Source: a virus
IMG/VR virus record: IMGVR_UViG_3300028581_003594
Span: 1 to 64,000 of that record
Direction: 5' to 3' (one strand)
Length of the DNA stretch: 64,000 nucleotides
The stretch's first letter is position 1, and every line of letters starts with the position of its first letter. Positions 8,997 to 17,502 of the stretch are shown here, piece by piece. The position numbers were made by a program, and so were the translations under genes. The notes below the pieces were generated by a model, which worked only from the letters and a program-made list of their open reading frames with translations, searched no databases and was not told the origin of the DNA.

Positions 8997-9515
8997 ATGC
9001 ACAGGGATTACAACACAGGACATTTTGACAACAACGAGGTAAAGGTATTCACTGGCATTGAGATCGAGCACACGATCGCATATGGCAAGAGGACATTGTT
9101 CCTGGCCACCAATGATCTGGGCACGGAAGAGGTGTTGGAACTGGCCACCATGAATGGCTGCGAGGCAGTGTACTACGGAGCCAACAGGACCTTTCAATAC
9201 AACATAGGGACACATGTTTTCCAAATGAGAAAGTTATTGGACAATGGATACTATGTCACAATTGATTATCCCTATGCAGATCATGAAGAAGTCAAGAAGA
9301 GATTTGCGCTGATATGGAACGAACCAAAATTCATACCATTCTGCTCCATTATATTTGAGCACAGCGATGACGACCAACAACTGCACTTCAAGATAGATGA
9401 TGTCACGTTCAGGCACAGCAATCCTGGCGTGTGGACCATGAGCATGAAGGACTACAAGGCCAAGGCGGGGTTCACAGATTGGGATCAATATGGCAAGGAT
9501 GAGATCATAAAATGA
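8997..9515 (+). CDS. Hypothetical protein within the deazaguanine locus
   Basis: Alpha/beta protein (FTGIEIEHT..GKRTLFL..VYYGAN..FTDWDQY) coupled by ATGA to the QueD paralog. Confidence 0.75.
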   Translation: MHRDYNTGHFDNNEVKVFTGIEIEHTIAYGKRTLFLATNDLGTEEVLELATMNGCEAVYYGANRTFQYNIGTHVFQMRKLLDNGYYVTIDYPYADHEEVKKRFALIWNEPKFIPFCSIIFEHSDDDQQLHFKIDDVTFRHSNPGVWTMSMKDYKAKAGFTDWDQYGKDEIIK

Positions 9516-9934
9516 TTCAAGCACAGAGGGCACAGGCATTGAAAGAAAAATTAAGCCAAAGCTCAAAAATGATCTGGGTAACTTTCCGCAAGGAAGGCAC
9601 TCACAAATATCCTGCGGCACTGACAGATCCAAAATTGGCCACTGGTGATGAGTATGATGTAAGTTTCCTAGGTTATCCTCACAGACACATGTTCCATTTT
9701 CACGTGGCAATTGAAGTGTTCCACGATGACAGAGACATAGAATTCATACAGTTCAAGAGATGGTTGGAGAAGTTGTATGCGGACAAGACGCTGGCGTTGG
9801 ACTACAAGAGTTGTGAGATGATATCAGATGATTTATATCTTGCAATCATAGAACGTTACCCAGGCAGACGAGTAACAATAGAAGTATCAGAGGATGGAGA
9901 GAATGGCTCGAAAGCAGAATACCCAAGAAGTTAA
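9512..9934 (+). CDS. dpdL: QueD/PTPS-paralog T-fold protein with LxxxHRHxF motif (DpdL-type, predicted CDG decarboxylase)
   Basis: GTH, LGYPHRHMF in place of the QueD CxxxHGH motif, IEF, SCEMIS and VSEDGENG. Confidence 0.7.
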   Translation: MIQAQRAQALKEKLSQSSKMIWVTFRKEGTHKYPAALTDPKLATGDEYDVSFLGYPHRHMFHFHVAIEVFHDDRDIEFIQFKRWLEKLYADKTLALDYKSCEMISDDLYLAIIERYPGRRVTIEVSEDGENGSKAEYPRS

Positions 9935-10253
9935 TATAGAAGTCAACATACCAGTCAAGACACTGACCAAGAGAATGGGTCATCTGCCCATAGGCGGTGG
10001 AGCTCTCAACGCCAGTTACACTTTCGTGGACGCAGTGGCCAACGTGTGCACCATCATGGGTAATGCGGGCTACACGTATGGCAAGGATTTCATCTGGGCC
10101 TATCACGGCTACAACGACGACATGGATGACACTGTGACCATATTCGTCAAGGACGAGAAGATCAGGACATGGTTGCATCTCAAGGCCAAGTGCGACTATC
10201 ATATCAAACATACAAATGATGGTGGTGTCAAACTAACAAAGATGGCAAAATGA
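9903..10253 (+). CDS. Hypothetical protein
   Basis: ORF overlaps the end of the dpdL-like gene; GGAGAG precedes ATG 9903. Confidence 0.7.
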   Translation: MARKQNTQEVNIEVNIPVKTLTKRMGHLPIGGGALNASYTFVDAVANVCTIMGNAGYTYGKDFIWAYHGYNDDMDDTVTIFVKDEKIRTWLHLKAKCDYHIKHTNDGGVKLTKMAK

Positions 10254-10616
10254 AAATATTTTACATGGGGCTGGAACCCTCCAGAATGTGTTGTAACTAA
10301 AACAATTAATTCTAAACTCAATAAAAGTAAAAGTGTAATAGATCCAAAATTAAAAACAAATTATGAAATTTATTGTAGAACTGTATGGAGATATACTAAT
10401 AGAAATTATAAAAAATTTATGTCTAATCAAAAAAGAAATAGACAAAATCATATAGATCATATACTATCTATTGTAGAAGGATTTAATAACAATTTAGATC
10501 CAAAAATTGTAGGATCAGTTTATAATTTGAGGATAATAAAAGGTGTTGCTAATCGTAAAAAATCTTATAAGAGTGATATTACTATAAAAGAATTAATAAA
10601 AAGGAACAACAAATGA
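10250..10616 (+). pseudogene. Stub of the glycosyltransferase 5' end (MKIFYMGLEP) followed by a start-less HNH-like homing endonuclease remnant
   Basis: 10250-10300 encodes MKIFYMGLEPSRMCCN*. Frame 10254-10616 is open and AT-rich, reading YEIYCRTVWRYT..HIDHILSIVEGF..VGSVYNLRII..NRKK, a beta-beta-alpha-Me pattern. Confidence 0.7.
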
Positions 10617-11791
10617 GAAAATTATTTTATATGGGCCTTGAAAGTTATCAGGCACGATATACTTTCCAATTAACAGACTGGACAGAAAGAGTTTATAAGA
10701 GACGTGGCATAGAGTATGTGATCGTGCCGGGCACCACCATAGACAACTCCAAAGCGATAGTGACAGGACAGGTGCTGGACGCACATGGCAGAAGTTATTT
10801 TAGCATGAGCCAGATGATGAATTTGGTCAAGATGATGAAAGCAGGAGAGATCACATCAGATGATGCAATATTTTTTGAAGATATGTTCCAACCGGGCATG
10901 GAATCTCTGCCTTATATCATACAGCAATCACCGGAACAATATAGACCAAAAATTTATTTGAGATGCTTGGCACAGGCCATAGATCCAGACGATTTTGTAC
11001 ACGTTTGGGGAATGAGTAAGTGGATGAGTTTATATGAGCAGATGTGTAATGAGATACCAAATGTGCATGTCCTTGCAACCAATGAAGAGATGGTGGCTCA
11101 CATGAGGATAGCGAACTGGAAGGCTCCTATCTATAACATATCTGGGCTGAGTTACGGCAAAGCGGAAGTGTTAGAACGAGTTAAAAAGATCAAACCATTT
11201 GAACAGCGAGCTCACAGAGTTGGATTTGCTGCTAGATGGGATCAAGAGAAACAACCTGGATTCTTCATGGATCTGATAGAACACTGGCATGCAAACAAAA
11301 CTTTGCCTTCTATAGAATTTGCAATATTCTGTGGAGGACCGCTGAGATCCAACAATCCCGTTTATGTAAATCGAGCAAGATTAATGGCAGAAGCAGGTGC
11401 ACTAAAAATATATGAAAATCTTAAAAAGAATGATTATTATGAATTATTGAATGATACTCGAGTGTTATTCAATTGTGCTCTACAGGATTGGGTATCCAAC
11501 ACAGTGTCAGAGGCAGACACTCTAGGTTGTAATGTGCTATTCCCGGCATATCGATCATTTCCGGAAACTTTTGCCAATGATGAAACCAGGATGTATGTGC
11601 CATGGAGCGGCAGAGATGCAATGGAGAAATTAAAAACACTATTGACCAAACCATCTCCTAACATGGGACAGATATCGGACTGGACCGATGGCACGGTTGA
11701 TCGAATGATCGACATCATGACCGGCATAGGCGAACAGTGGAGGAGAGATGGCAGACATTATAGAAACACCGCAGCCGAAAGCAAATATTAA
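10613..11791 (+). CDS. GT-B fold glycosyltransferase (GT4/alpha-glucosyltransferase-like)
   Basis: GFAARWDQEKQP and the C-terminal FNCALQDWVSNTVSEADTLGCNVLFP motif, equivalent to the GT4 E/D-x7-E nucleotide-sugar motif. Confidence 0.8.
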   Translation: MRKLFYMGLESYQARYTFQLTDWTERVYKRRGIEYVIVPGTTIDNSKAIVTGQVLDAHGRSYFSMSQMMNLVKMMKAGEITSDDAIFFEDMFQPGMESLPYIIQQSPEQYRPKIYLRCLAQAIDPDDFVHVWGMSKWMSLYEQMCNEIPNVHVLATNEEMVAHMRIANWKAPIYNISGLSYGKAEVLERVKKIKPFEQRAHRVGFAARWDQEKQPGFFMDLIEHWHANKTLPSIEFAIFCGGPLRSNNPVYVNRARLMAEAGALKIYENLKKNDYYELLNDTRVLFNCALQDWVSNTVSEADTLGCNVLFPAYRSFPETFANDETRMYVPWSGRDAMEKLKTLLTKPSPNMGQISDWTDGTVDRMIDIMTGIGEQWRRDGRHYRNTAAESKY

Positions 11792-11795
11792 AGTC

Positions 11796-12788
11796 ATGAA
11801 CAAGGCAGTGCTGGTAGTGGGAGGAGCCGGCTACATTGGTTCTCACACAGCAAAAGAATTAACAAAAAATGGGTTCACGCCAGTGGTGGTGGATAGAGAT
11901 ATCAAGACCAAACCCTGGGCCACCCAATATGGGCCGGCATTTGAATGCCATCTGCCCAGAGACACAGATTTCCTAAAAGAGATTGTTCACAGATACAACA
12001 TAGATTCTTGCATACATTTTGCCGCACACACACAGGTGGGAGAATCTGTAAAGGATCCATCTAAATATTACAAGAACAATGTGATAATGACCGTGCAGTT
12101 GTTGGACAAACTCAGAGAAGCAGGTGTGAACAAGTTTGTGTTCTCATCCAGTGCAGCCGTTTATGGCGTTCCTGCCAATGGCATAGCAGAAGACGATGCG
12201 ACAGATCTACAACCAATCAATCCCTACGGTAAAGGTAAACTAATGGTGGAGAATATTCTAAAAGATTATTATGTGGCCTATGGGTTGAGCAGTGTGAGTC
12301 TAAGATATTTTAATGCTGCAGGAGCAGATGCTGATGCAGAAATTGGAGAGTTGAGAGAAGATGAATCACATATCATACCATTGGCTATAGAAGCGGCATA
12401 TCAAAATAAGGAATTCAAGTTGTTCGGCACTGATTTTGATACACCAGATGGAACCTGTGTGAGAGATTATGTGCATGTGACTGATCTTGCCAATGCACAT
12501 GTATTATCTCTACAACGTGCATCAGGAGATGTGATCTGTGAAAGATACAATCTGGGGTCGGGCATCAGCACCAGCAACAGACAACTGTTGGACACCATAA
12601 AAAAATATGTGGGCAATATAAAGATTGCGGAGATGGCTAGGCGGGCAGGAGATCCTCCCGTGTTGGTGGCAAATACCACACGTGCAAAAAGTCAATTAGG
12701 ATGGCAACCTAAGCATAGCTCAGTTGACAACATAGTGCAGACTGCTGTAAAATGGTACAGTAAGATCAACCGGAAAGATTTAAACTAA
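11796..12788 (+). CDS. galE: UDP-glucose 4-epimerase
   Basis: GGAGYIGSH, HFAA, FSSSAAVYG, YGKGK, LRYFNAAGA, DGTCVRDYVHV and RRAGDP. Confidence 0.93.
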   Translation: MNKAVLVVGGAGYIGSHTAKELTKNGFTPVVVDRDIKTKPWATQYGPAFECHLPRDTDFLKEIVHRYNIDSCIHFAAHTQVGESVKDPSKYYKNNVIMTVQLLDKLREAGVNKFVFSSSAAVYGVPANGIAEDDATDLQPINPYGKGKLMVENILKDYYVAYGLSSVSLRYFNAAGADADAEIGELREDESHIIPLAIEAAYQNKEFKLFGTDFDTPDGTCVRDYVHVTDLANAHVLSLQRASGDVICERYNLGSGISTSNRQLLDTIKKYVGNIKIAEMARRAGDPPVLVANTTRAKSQLGWQPKHSSVDNIVQTAVKWYSKINRKDLN

Positions 12789-13540
12789 TGAGCGATATCA
12801 ACAGAGATTCCGTAGTGCAAGGCTTGATGGACACCTGGGTGGACAAGAACAAGCCCGTCAGTGAACAGATAAGAGAAAGAGTCGTCAAGGCGGGAGATAG
12901 GTTCTTCGCAGCCGACAACATCAGCCAATACATAGAGGCGGGCGAAAGAGAAAAACTGATCATTGAGTTGACTGCAAAATTTGAGTCAGTGTTGGACAGC
13001 CTGGTGATCGACAGGGTGAATGATCCCAACAGCTCAGGCACGGGCAAGAGATTGGCCAAGATGTACATAAATGAGATAATGGGCGGAAGATATAATCCTG
13101 CTCCGGAAGTCACAACATTCCCCAACGAAGACGGCAGGTATGATCAATTGATCGTGATAAGGTCAGATATAAAAAGTATGTGTTCACATCATCATCAACC
13201 AGTGTCGGGAGTTTGTTATATAGGTTGTCTGCCAGGCAAGAGATTGATTGGATTGAGCAAATACACTCGGATAGCACAACATCAGGCAGCCCGAGGACAT
13301 CTTCAGGAGGAACTGACGGAAAAGATTGCGTACAAGATTTCAAAGCTCACAGAGAGTCCAGCGGTGGGCGTGTACATCAGAGCAAGGCACGGCTGCTGTG
13401 AGAACAGGGGCATAAGGAGCAACAACTCCAGCACACAGACAACGGTGTTGAAAGGGCTGCTGAAAACAGATCCCGGATTAAAAAACGAGTTCATGCACAA
13501 CATTCAATTACAAGAAACACAGGGTGGTACAAATGGTTAA
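12788..13540 (+). CDS. folE: GTP cyclohydrolase I
   Basis: SMCSHHHQP, IGLSK, LQEELT and HGCCENRG zinc-ligand motifs. Confidence 0.95.
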   Translation: MSDINRDSVVQGLMDTWVDKNKPVSEQIRERVVKAGDRFFAADNISQYIEAGEREKLIIELTAKFESVLDSLVIDRVNDPNSSGTGKRLAKMYINEIMGGRYNPAPEVTTFPNEDGRYDQLIVIRSDIKSMCSHHHQPVSGVCYIGCLPGKRLIGLSKYTRIAQHQAARGHLQEELTEKIAYKISKLTESPAVGVYIRARHGCCENRGIRSNNSSTQTTVLKGLLKTDPGLKNEFMHNIQLQETQGGTNG

Positions 13541-13868
13541 CAGCTCAACAGTCAGCACCTGTCCACTATTTCCCGAATTGGAAAATGAAAAGTCACATGG
13601 GTCGTTAGATCCAAATACAGGACAAGTAACTATTCCTGGTCTTTTTTCTGTACAGGCGAACGCAACACTGCCACCGGGAGTGAATGTGGGCAGTGCATCA
13701 ACATCATACACTGTGTCTCATGATGCATGGCAATCCACTGCCAACAGGAATTACGAATTAGAACTACATGAAGAATATCCTGCCCTACGTCAGGCATGGG
13801 AACATTATCAAACTATTTTAAGAATGTGCAAATCTCGAGAGGAGGAGACCGGTGAGAATAGATTATAA
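13524..13868 (+). CDS. Hypothetical protein
   Basis: Fills the gap between folE and guaC and overlaps both; C-terminal EEYPALRQAWEHYQTIL helix. Confidence 0.6.
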   Translation: MVQMVNSSTVSTCPLFPELENEKSHGSLDPNTGQVTIPGLFSVQANATLPPGVNVGSASTSYTVSHDAWQSTANRNYELELHEEYPALRQAWEHYQTILRMCKSREEETGENRL

Positions 13869-14895
13869 TCTACATCTTGATTACTCCGATGTGCTGCTGA
13901 AACCCAAAAGATCCACACTGAATTCTCGCAGAGATGTTGAGATGACTAGAGATTTCACATTTAGAAACAGCAAGAAACAATTATCTTACACTCCCATAAT
14001 AGCATCCAACATGGATGGCGTGGGCACATTCTCCATGGCACGAGTATTGCAAGATTATAAGATGCTCACAGTGATTCGAAAACACTACTCATTCAATGAT
14101 TGGAAGGCCACAGCAGGTTCGGGATTAAAATTCAAATATGTTTCTGCTTGTGTGGGCACCGGTGCCATATGGGATGAAGAAGCACTAGACTATCAAACAT
14201 TGAAACAAGTGATCGCAGCGTTTCCAGACATACCTGCCATCACAATAGACGTGGCAAATGCTTACCACGAGCAGTTCGTGGACTTCGTCAAGAGGATAAG
14301 ATCAGAATTTCCCGACAAGATCATCATAGCAGGCAACGTGGTGTCGCCAGAAATGACTGAAGAATTGATTATTAACGGAGCAGATGTTGTGAAAATAGGT
14401 ATCGGTCCGGGCTCTGTGTGTACCACAAGAACACAGACCGGAGTGGGAGTGCCACAGTTTTCTGCCATAGTTGAGTGTGCTGATGCTGCCAATGGAGTGG
14501 GTGGCCATATCATTGCTGATGGTGGTTGCACCCAATCAGGAGACATTGCCAAGGCCTTGGGTGCAGGTGCTCATTTCGTCATGTTGGGCGGCATGTTGGC
14601 AGCTCACGATGAATCCGAATTGGAATTGCGAGATGGCAAGAGGGTGTTCTACGGCATGAGTTCGGAATCAGCATTTGAGCAACACGGTGCAAGAAAAGAC
14701 GGCTACAGAGGCACCGAAGGTAAAACAGTACTATTGGATAATAGAGGACCAGTGAGAGATACTGTGGAACAGATTCTGGGTGGTGTCAGAAGCTCTTGTG
14801 TATATATTGGTGCAAGAAGAATCAAAGACATGCCTAAATGTGCTCATTTCGTAAGAGTTAATAATATACAAAATAGAATATTCGATGGAAAATAA
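13852..14895 (+). CDS. guaC: GMP reductase
   Basis: LDYSDVLLKPKRSTLNSR, ASNMDGVG, IDVANAY, KIGIGPGSVCTTR, IIADGG, MLGGMLA and FYGMSS. Confidence 0.95.
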   Translation: MRIDYNLHLDYSDVLLKPKRSTLNSRRDVEMTRDFTFRNSKKQLSYTPIIASNMDGVGTFSMARVLQDYKMLTVIRKHYSFNDWKATAGSGLKFKYVSACVGTGAIWDEEALDYQTLKQVIAAFPDIPAITIDVANAYHEQFVDFVKRIRSEFPDKIIIAGNVVSPEMTEELIINGADVVKIGIGPGSVCTTRTQTGVGVPQFSAIVECADAANGVGGHIIADGGCTQSGDIAKALGAGAHFVMLGGMLAAHDESELELRDGKRVFYGMSSESAFEQHGARKDGYRGTEGKTVLLDNRGPVRDTVEQILGGVRSSCVYIGARRIKDMPKCAHFVRVNNIQNRIFDGK

Positions 14896-15352
14896 CGCAA
14901 CTGTAGAAAAATTATACTTTACTAATATACAGATGAGGAATGCTCTGTTACAGATCGAAGACAAACTAGTGCATGACATGTGGCTGCCTGATATCATACT
15001 TGGTGTCAACCGAGGTGGTTGCATTCCGGGAGTTTATCTTTCCCACAGGTTGAAGAAAGAACATGCTGTTTTGGATGTGAGATTGAGAGATCACGCCGCC
15101 AAGCCCAACCTATCTGTGCTGGAACGAGAGTTTGCTTTCCAAAAAAAAATATTGATCATTGATGATATCAATGACACCGGAGCCACCTTCCAATATATCT
15201 TGGACAATTTTGGACGCCATGACAGAGTGAAGTTTGCGGTGGTGATAAACAACAGGCCTTCCCCAGTAAAAGTTGACTATTTTGGTTATGAGATAGACAA
15301 AAACGAGAATCCGCAATGGGTGGTTTTTCCATGGGAAGAATGGCAAAAATAA
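14885..15352 (+). CDS. Type I purine phosphoribosyltransferase (xanthine-guanine PRT-like)
   Basis: GVNRGGCIPG, PRPP-binding motif ILIIDDINDTGAT and C-terminal WVVFPWE. Confidence 0.9.
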   Translation: MENNATVEKLYFTNIQMRNALLQIEDKLVHDMWLPDIILGVNRGGCIPGVYLSHRLKKEHAVLDVRLRDHAAKPNLSVLEREFAFQKKILIIDDINDTGATFQYILDNFGRHDRVKFAVVINNRPSPVKVDYFGYEIDKNENPQWVVFPWEEWQK

Positions 15353-15371
15353 AAAACAACAGGAAAAAAAA

Positions 15372-16013
15372 ATGATACAGTTTGTACAGGACCTTTTAAA
15401 AGGCACGGACAAGATATTGGTCAGGAACCTTGTGATATTGCATACACTTATTATCGCTGTGAGCAATTATTTGGTCACCATACGATTCAGTTTGTTCGCG
15501 GAAAAAATCAATATATTGGGATGGGAGACCAACTTTCCCTTGGCAGCGGCAGCATTCACTTTTCCGTTAGTGGTCGTGGCCAGTGATCTCACTGTGAGAT
15601 TGATCGGCAAGCAGAGCGCAAGGGCAGTGGTGGCGTTGGCAATCATACCGGCCATTGTGGCATCTGTGTTAGTATTATTGTATTTGGGAGACAAGCACGC
15701 CTATAGAGTGGGCATAGCCAGCGGCGTGGCCTATGGCATAGGCACACTGTTGGATGTATATGTTTTTCAAATAATCAGAGAAAAATTTAAAACCAATTGG
15801 TGGGCGGCACCAGCACTGAGCATGATAGCTGCCAACATCATCGACACTTACATATTCTTTTACACGGCGTTCTATCCACAACCATGGGTGCATGCGGTGG
15901 CCTTCAACAACACCATGGTCAAGATCATAGTGGGACAGGTTGTGTTCGTACCGGCCTATGGCATACTGCTTACATACCTGTCCAAGAAATTGAACAGGAA
16001 ATTGGTAGGATAA
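15372..16013 (+). CDS. yhhQ: Queuosine-precursor (preQ0/preQ1) transporter, YhhQ/VUT family
   Basis: IIAVSNYLV, AFTFPLVVVASDLTVRLIG, RVGIASGVAY, LLDVYVF and IDTYIFF; multiple TM helices. Confidence 0.88.
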   Translation: MIQFVQDLLKGTDKILVRNLVILHTLIIAVSNYLVTIRFSLFAEKINILGWETNFPLAAAAFTFPLVVVASDLTVRLIGKQSARAVVALAIIPAIVASVLVLLYLGDKHAYRVGIASGVAYGIGTLLDVYVFQIIREKFKTNWWAAPALSMIAANIIDTYIFFYTAFYPQPWVHAVAFNNTMVKIIVGQVVFVPAYGILLTYLSKKLNRKLVG

Positions 16014-16029
16014 GGATATTTTTGGTAAG

Positions 16030-16058
16030 TTGACTTCCGATCTAAATATCCGTATAAT
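16030..16058 (+). promoter_or_regulatory. Sigma70-like promoter with embedded CTAAATA
   Basis: TTGACT-17 nt-TATAAT; ATG 16065 follows 6 nt later. Confidence 0.75.
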
Positions 16059-16064
16059 ATACAT

Positions 16065-16154
16065 ATGAGCAATAAAGCAGGAAAAATTTATAAAGCTAGT
16101 AAAATCCATAAATACTTTTATGAAGTTATATTGGATCAAAAGACCAGAACATAA
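16065..16154 (+). pseudogene. Orphaned 5' stub of the cupin gene (MSNKAGKIY...)
   Basis: The first 8 codons match the N-terminus MGNKAGKIW of ORF 16697; the frame then runs into endonuclease DNA and stops. Confidence 0.7.
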
Positions 16155-16707
16155 AGATATGTATCAAGAAGGTTATATAGGAATTACAACTACAGAAGGT
16201 ATAAATGGGAGATTATATACACACTTCAATAAATTAAAAAACAATTCTCATCCAAACCCAAAATTACAAAACGCTTATAACAAAGATTCTAATCTGATAG
16301 TTGAAACAATTTACAAAGGATCAATAAAGAATTGTATAAAAAAAGAAAAAAAACTTAGACCCTATAAAAATGTAGGATGGAATATTTTAGAGGGTGGAGG
16401 ATTACCTCCTTTACACAATGGTTATATTTGGTTTACAAATGGAAAAAAAAATAAATTAGATATTGATTGTCCGACTGGTTACTGGCCGGGCAGATTAACA
16501 GTTCAAGGAGAAAATCATGGACATTATGGAAAACCAAAAAAATATAAAACAATAGGATTTAAAAAAGGATATACACCTTGGAATAAAGGACTTTCTTTAG
16601 GACCAAAAACAATAGTAAAATGTCCTAATTGTAATAAAAAGGGTGGGTTGCCTATAATGAAAAGATTTCATTTCACAAATTGTAAGGAGATTAATAATGG
16701 GAAATAA
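16120..16707 (+). mobile_element. Free-standing GIY-YIG (Seg-like) homing endonuclease gene
   Basis: LYWI..GYIGIT..RLYTH catalytic domain; WFTNG, FKKGYTPWNKG and CPNC..MKRFHFTNCK DNA-binding modules; strongly AT-rich; own ATAAATA motif at 16108-16114. Confidence 0.85.
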
Positions 16708-17089
16708 GGCTGGTAAGATATGGGGTTCTACAGAACTAATACATGCCAATGGCGTGTTGGAATTCCATAGGATAGATTTCAAGGCAGGTGGCGTTTGTTC
16801 CAAGCACCAGCACAAGTACAAGTGGAATGGCTTCTACGTGGTCTCGGGCAAGATGAAGATCAAGGTCTGGCAGAGGGATCAGCAAGATCTCATTGATGAA
16901 ACTGTATTAGGACCGGGAGATTTTACTAAAGTTAAACCAGGATACTATCATCTGTTTGAAGGTTTGGAAGATGGCATGGCTTTCGAACTTTATTGGGCTG
17001 AATTCAACCACGATGACATACAGAGAGAGAACGTGGGTCACTTCAGGAGCGGCAACGTTGTGAGACTGGATAAGAAAGATAAAAAATAA
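16697..17089 (+). CDS. Cupin-domain protein (sugar isomerase-like)
   Basis: CSKHQHKYKWNGFYVVSG and LGPGDFTKVKPGYYHLF cupin motifs; SD AAGGAG. Confidence 0.85.
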   Translation: MGNKAGKIWGSTELIHANGVLEFHRIDFKAGGVCSKHQHKYKWNGFYVVSGKMKIKVWQRDQQDLIDETVLGPGDFTKVKPGYYHLFEGLEDGMAFELYWAEFNHDDIQRENVGHFRSGNVVRLDKKDKK

Positions 17090-17502
17090 TGGCCGACATC
17101 TATCACATATGGTGCGACCCAAAGGAAGGGGTCGACGGCAAGGACTTCGCAGAGAAGATCAGGATCTTCCTGGGAGAACTGGTCAGAGACGGCAAGCTGG
17201 AGTCATTCAGGGTCATGAGGATGAAGTTGGGATTCAGGAGCATGGAACTTCCGGACTTCCACATCATGATGGAGACCAAGAACATGCAGCAGCTGGATGA
17301 CGCCATGAGCCTCGTGGGACGCAGGACCGGAGAATTGGAAGGACACCATGTGGCCATGAACTCCCTGGTTGACAAGAACACAATACAACATGCATTGTAC
17401 AGAGACTTCCCTGACGCTTTCCTTGGCAAGACTGGCAATGAGCCAAGCGAGGAAATAAAAGAAATATTAAAGGCAGTGGATCACTTTCATGAGCAAGATT
17501 AA
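17089..17502 (+). CDS. Conserved protein resembling the DUF6614 family
   Basis: YHIWCD..LESFRVMRMKLGF..LPDFHIMME..QLDDA..ALYRDFPD. Family recalled from memory, not searched. Confidence 0.6.
   Translation: MADIYHIWCDPKEGVDGKDFAEKIRIFLGELVRDGKLESFRVMRMKLGFRSMELPDFHIMMETKNMQQLDDAMSLVGRRTGELEGHHVAMNSLVDKNTIQHALYRDFPDAFLGKTGNEPSEEIKEILKAVDHFHEQD

Noticed and set aside
10419-10616. Independent 65 aa gene or intact HNH endonuclease
   Set aside because: The homologous-looking frame extends upstream to 10254 without a start codon, so it is treated as a remnant.
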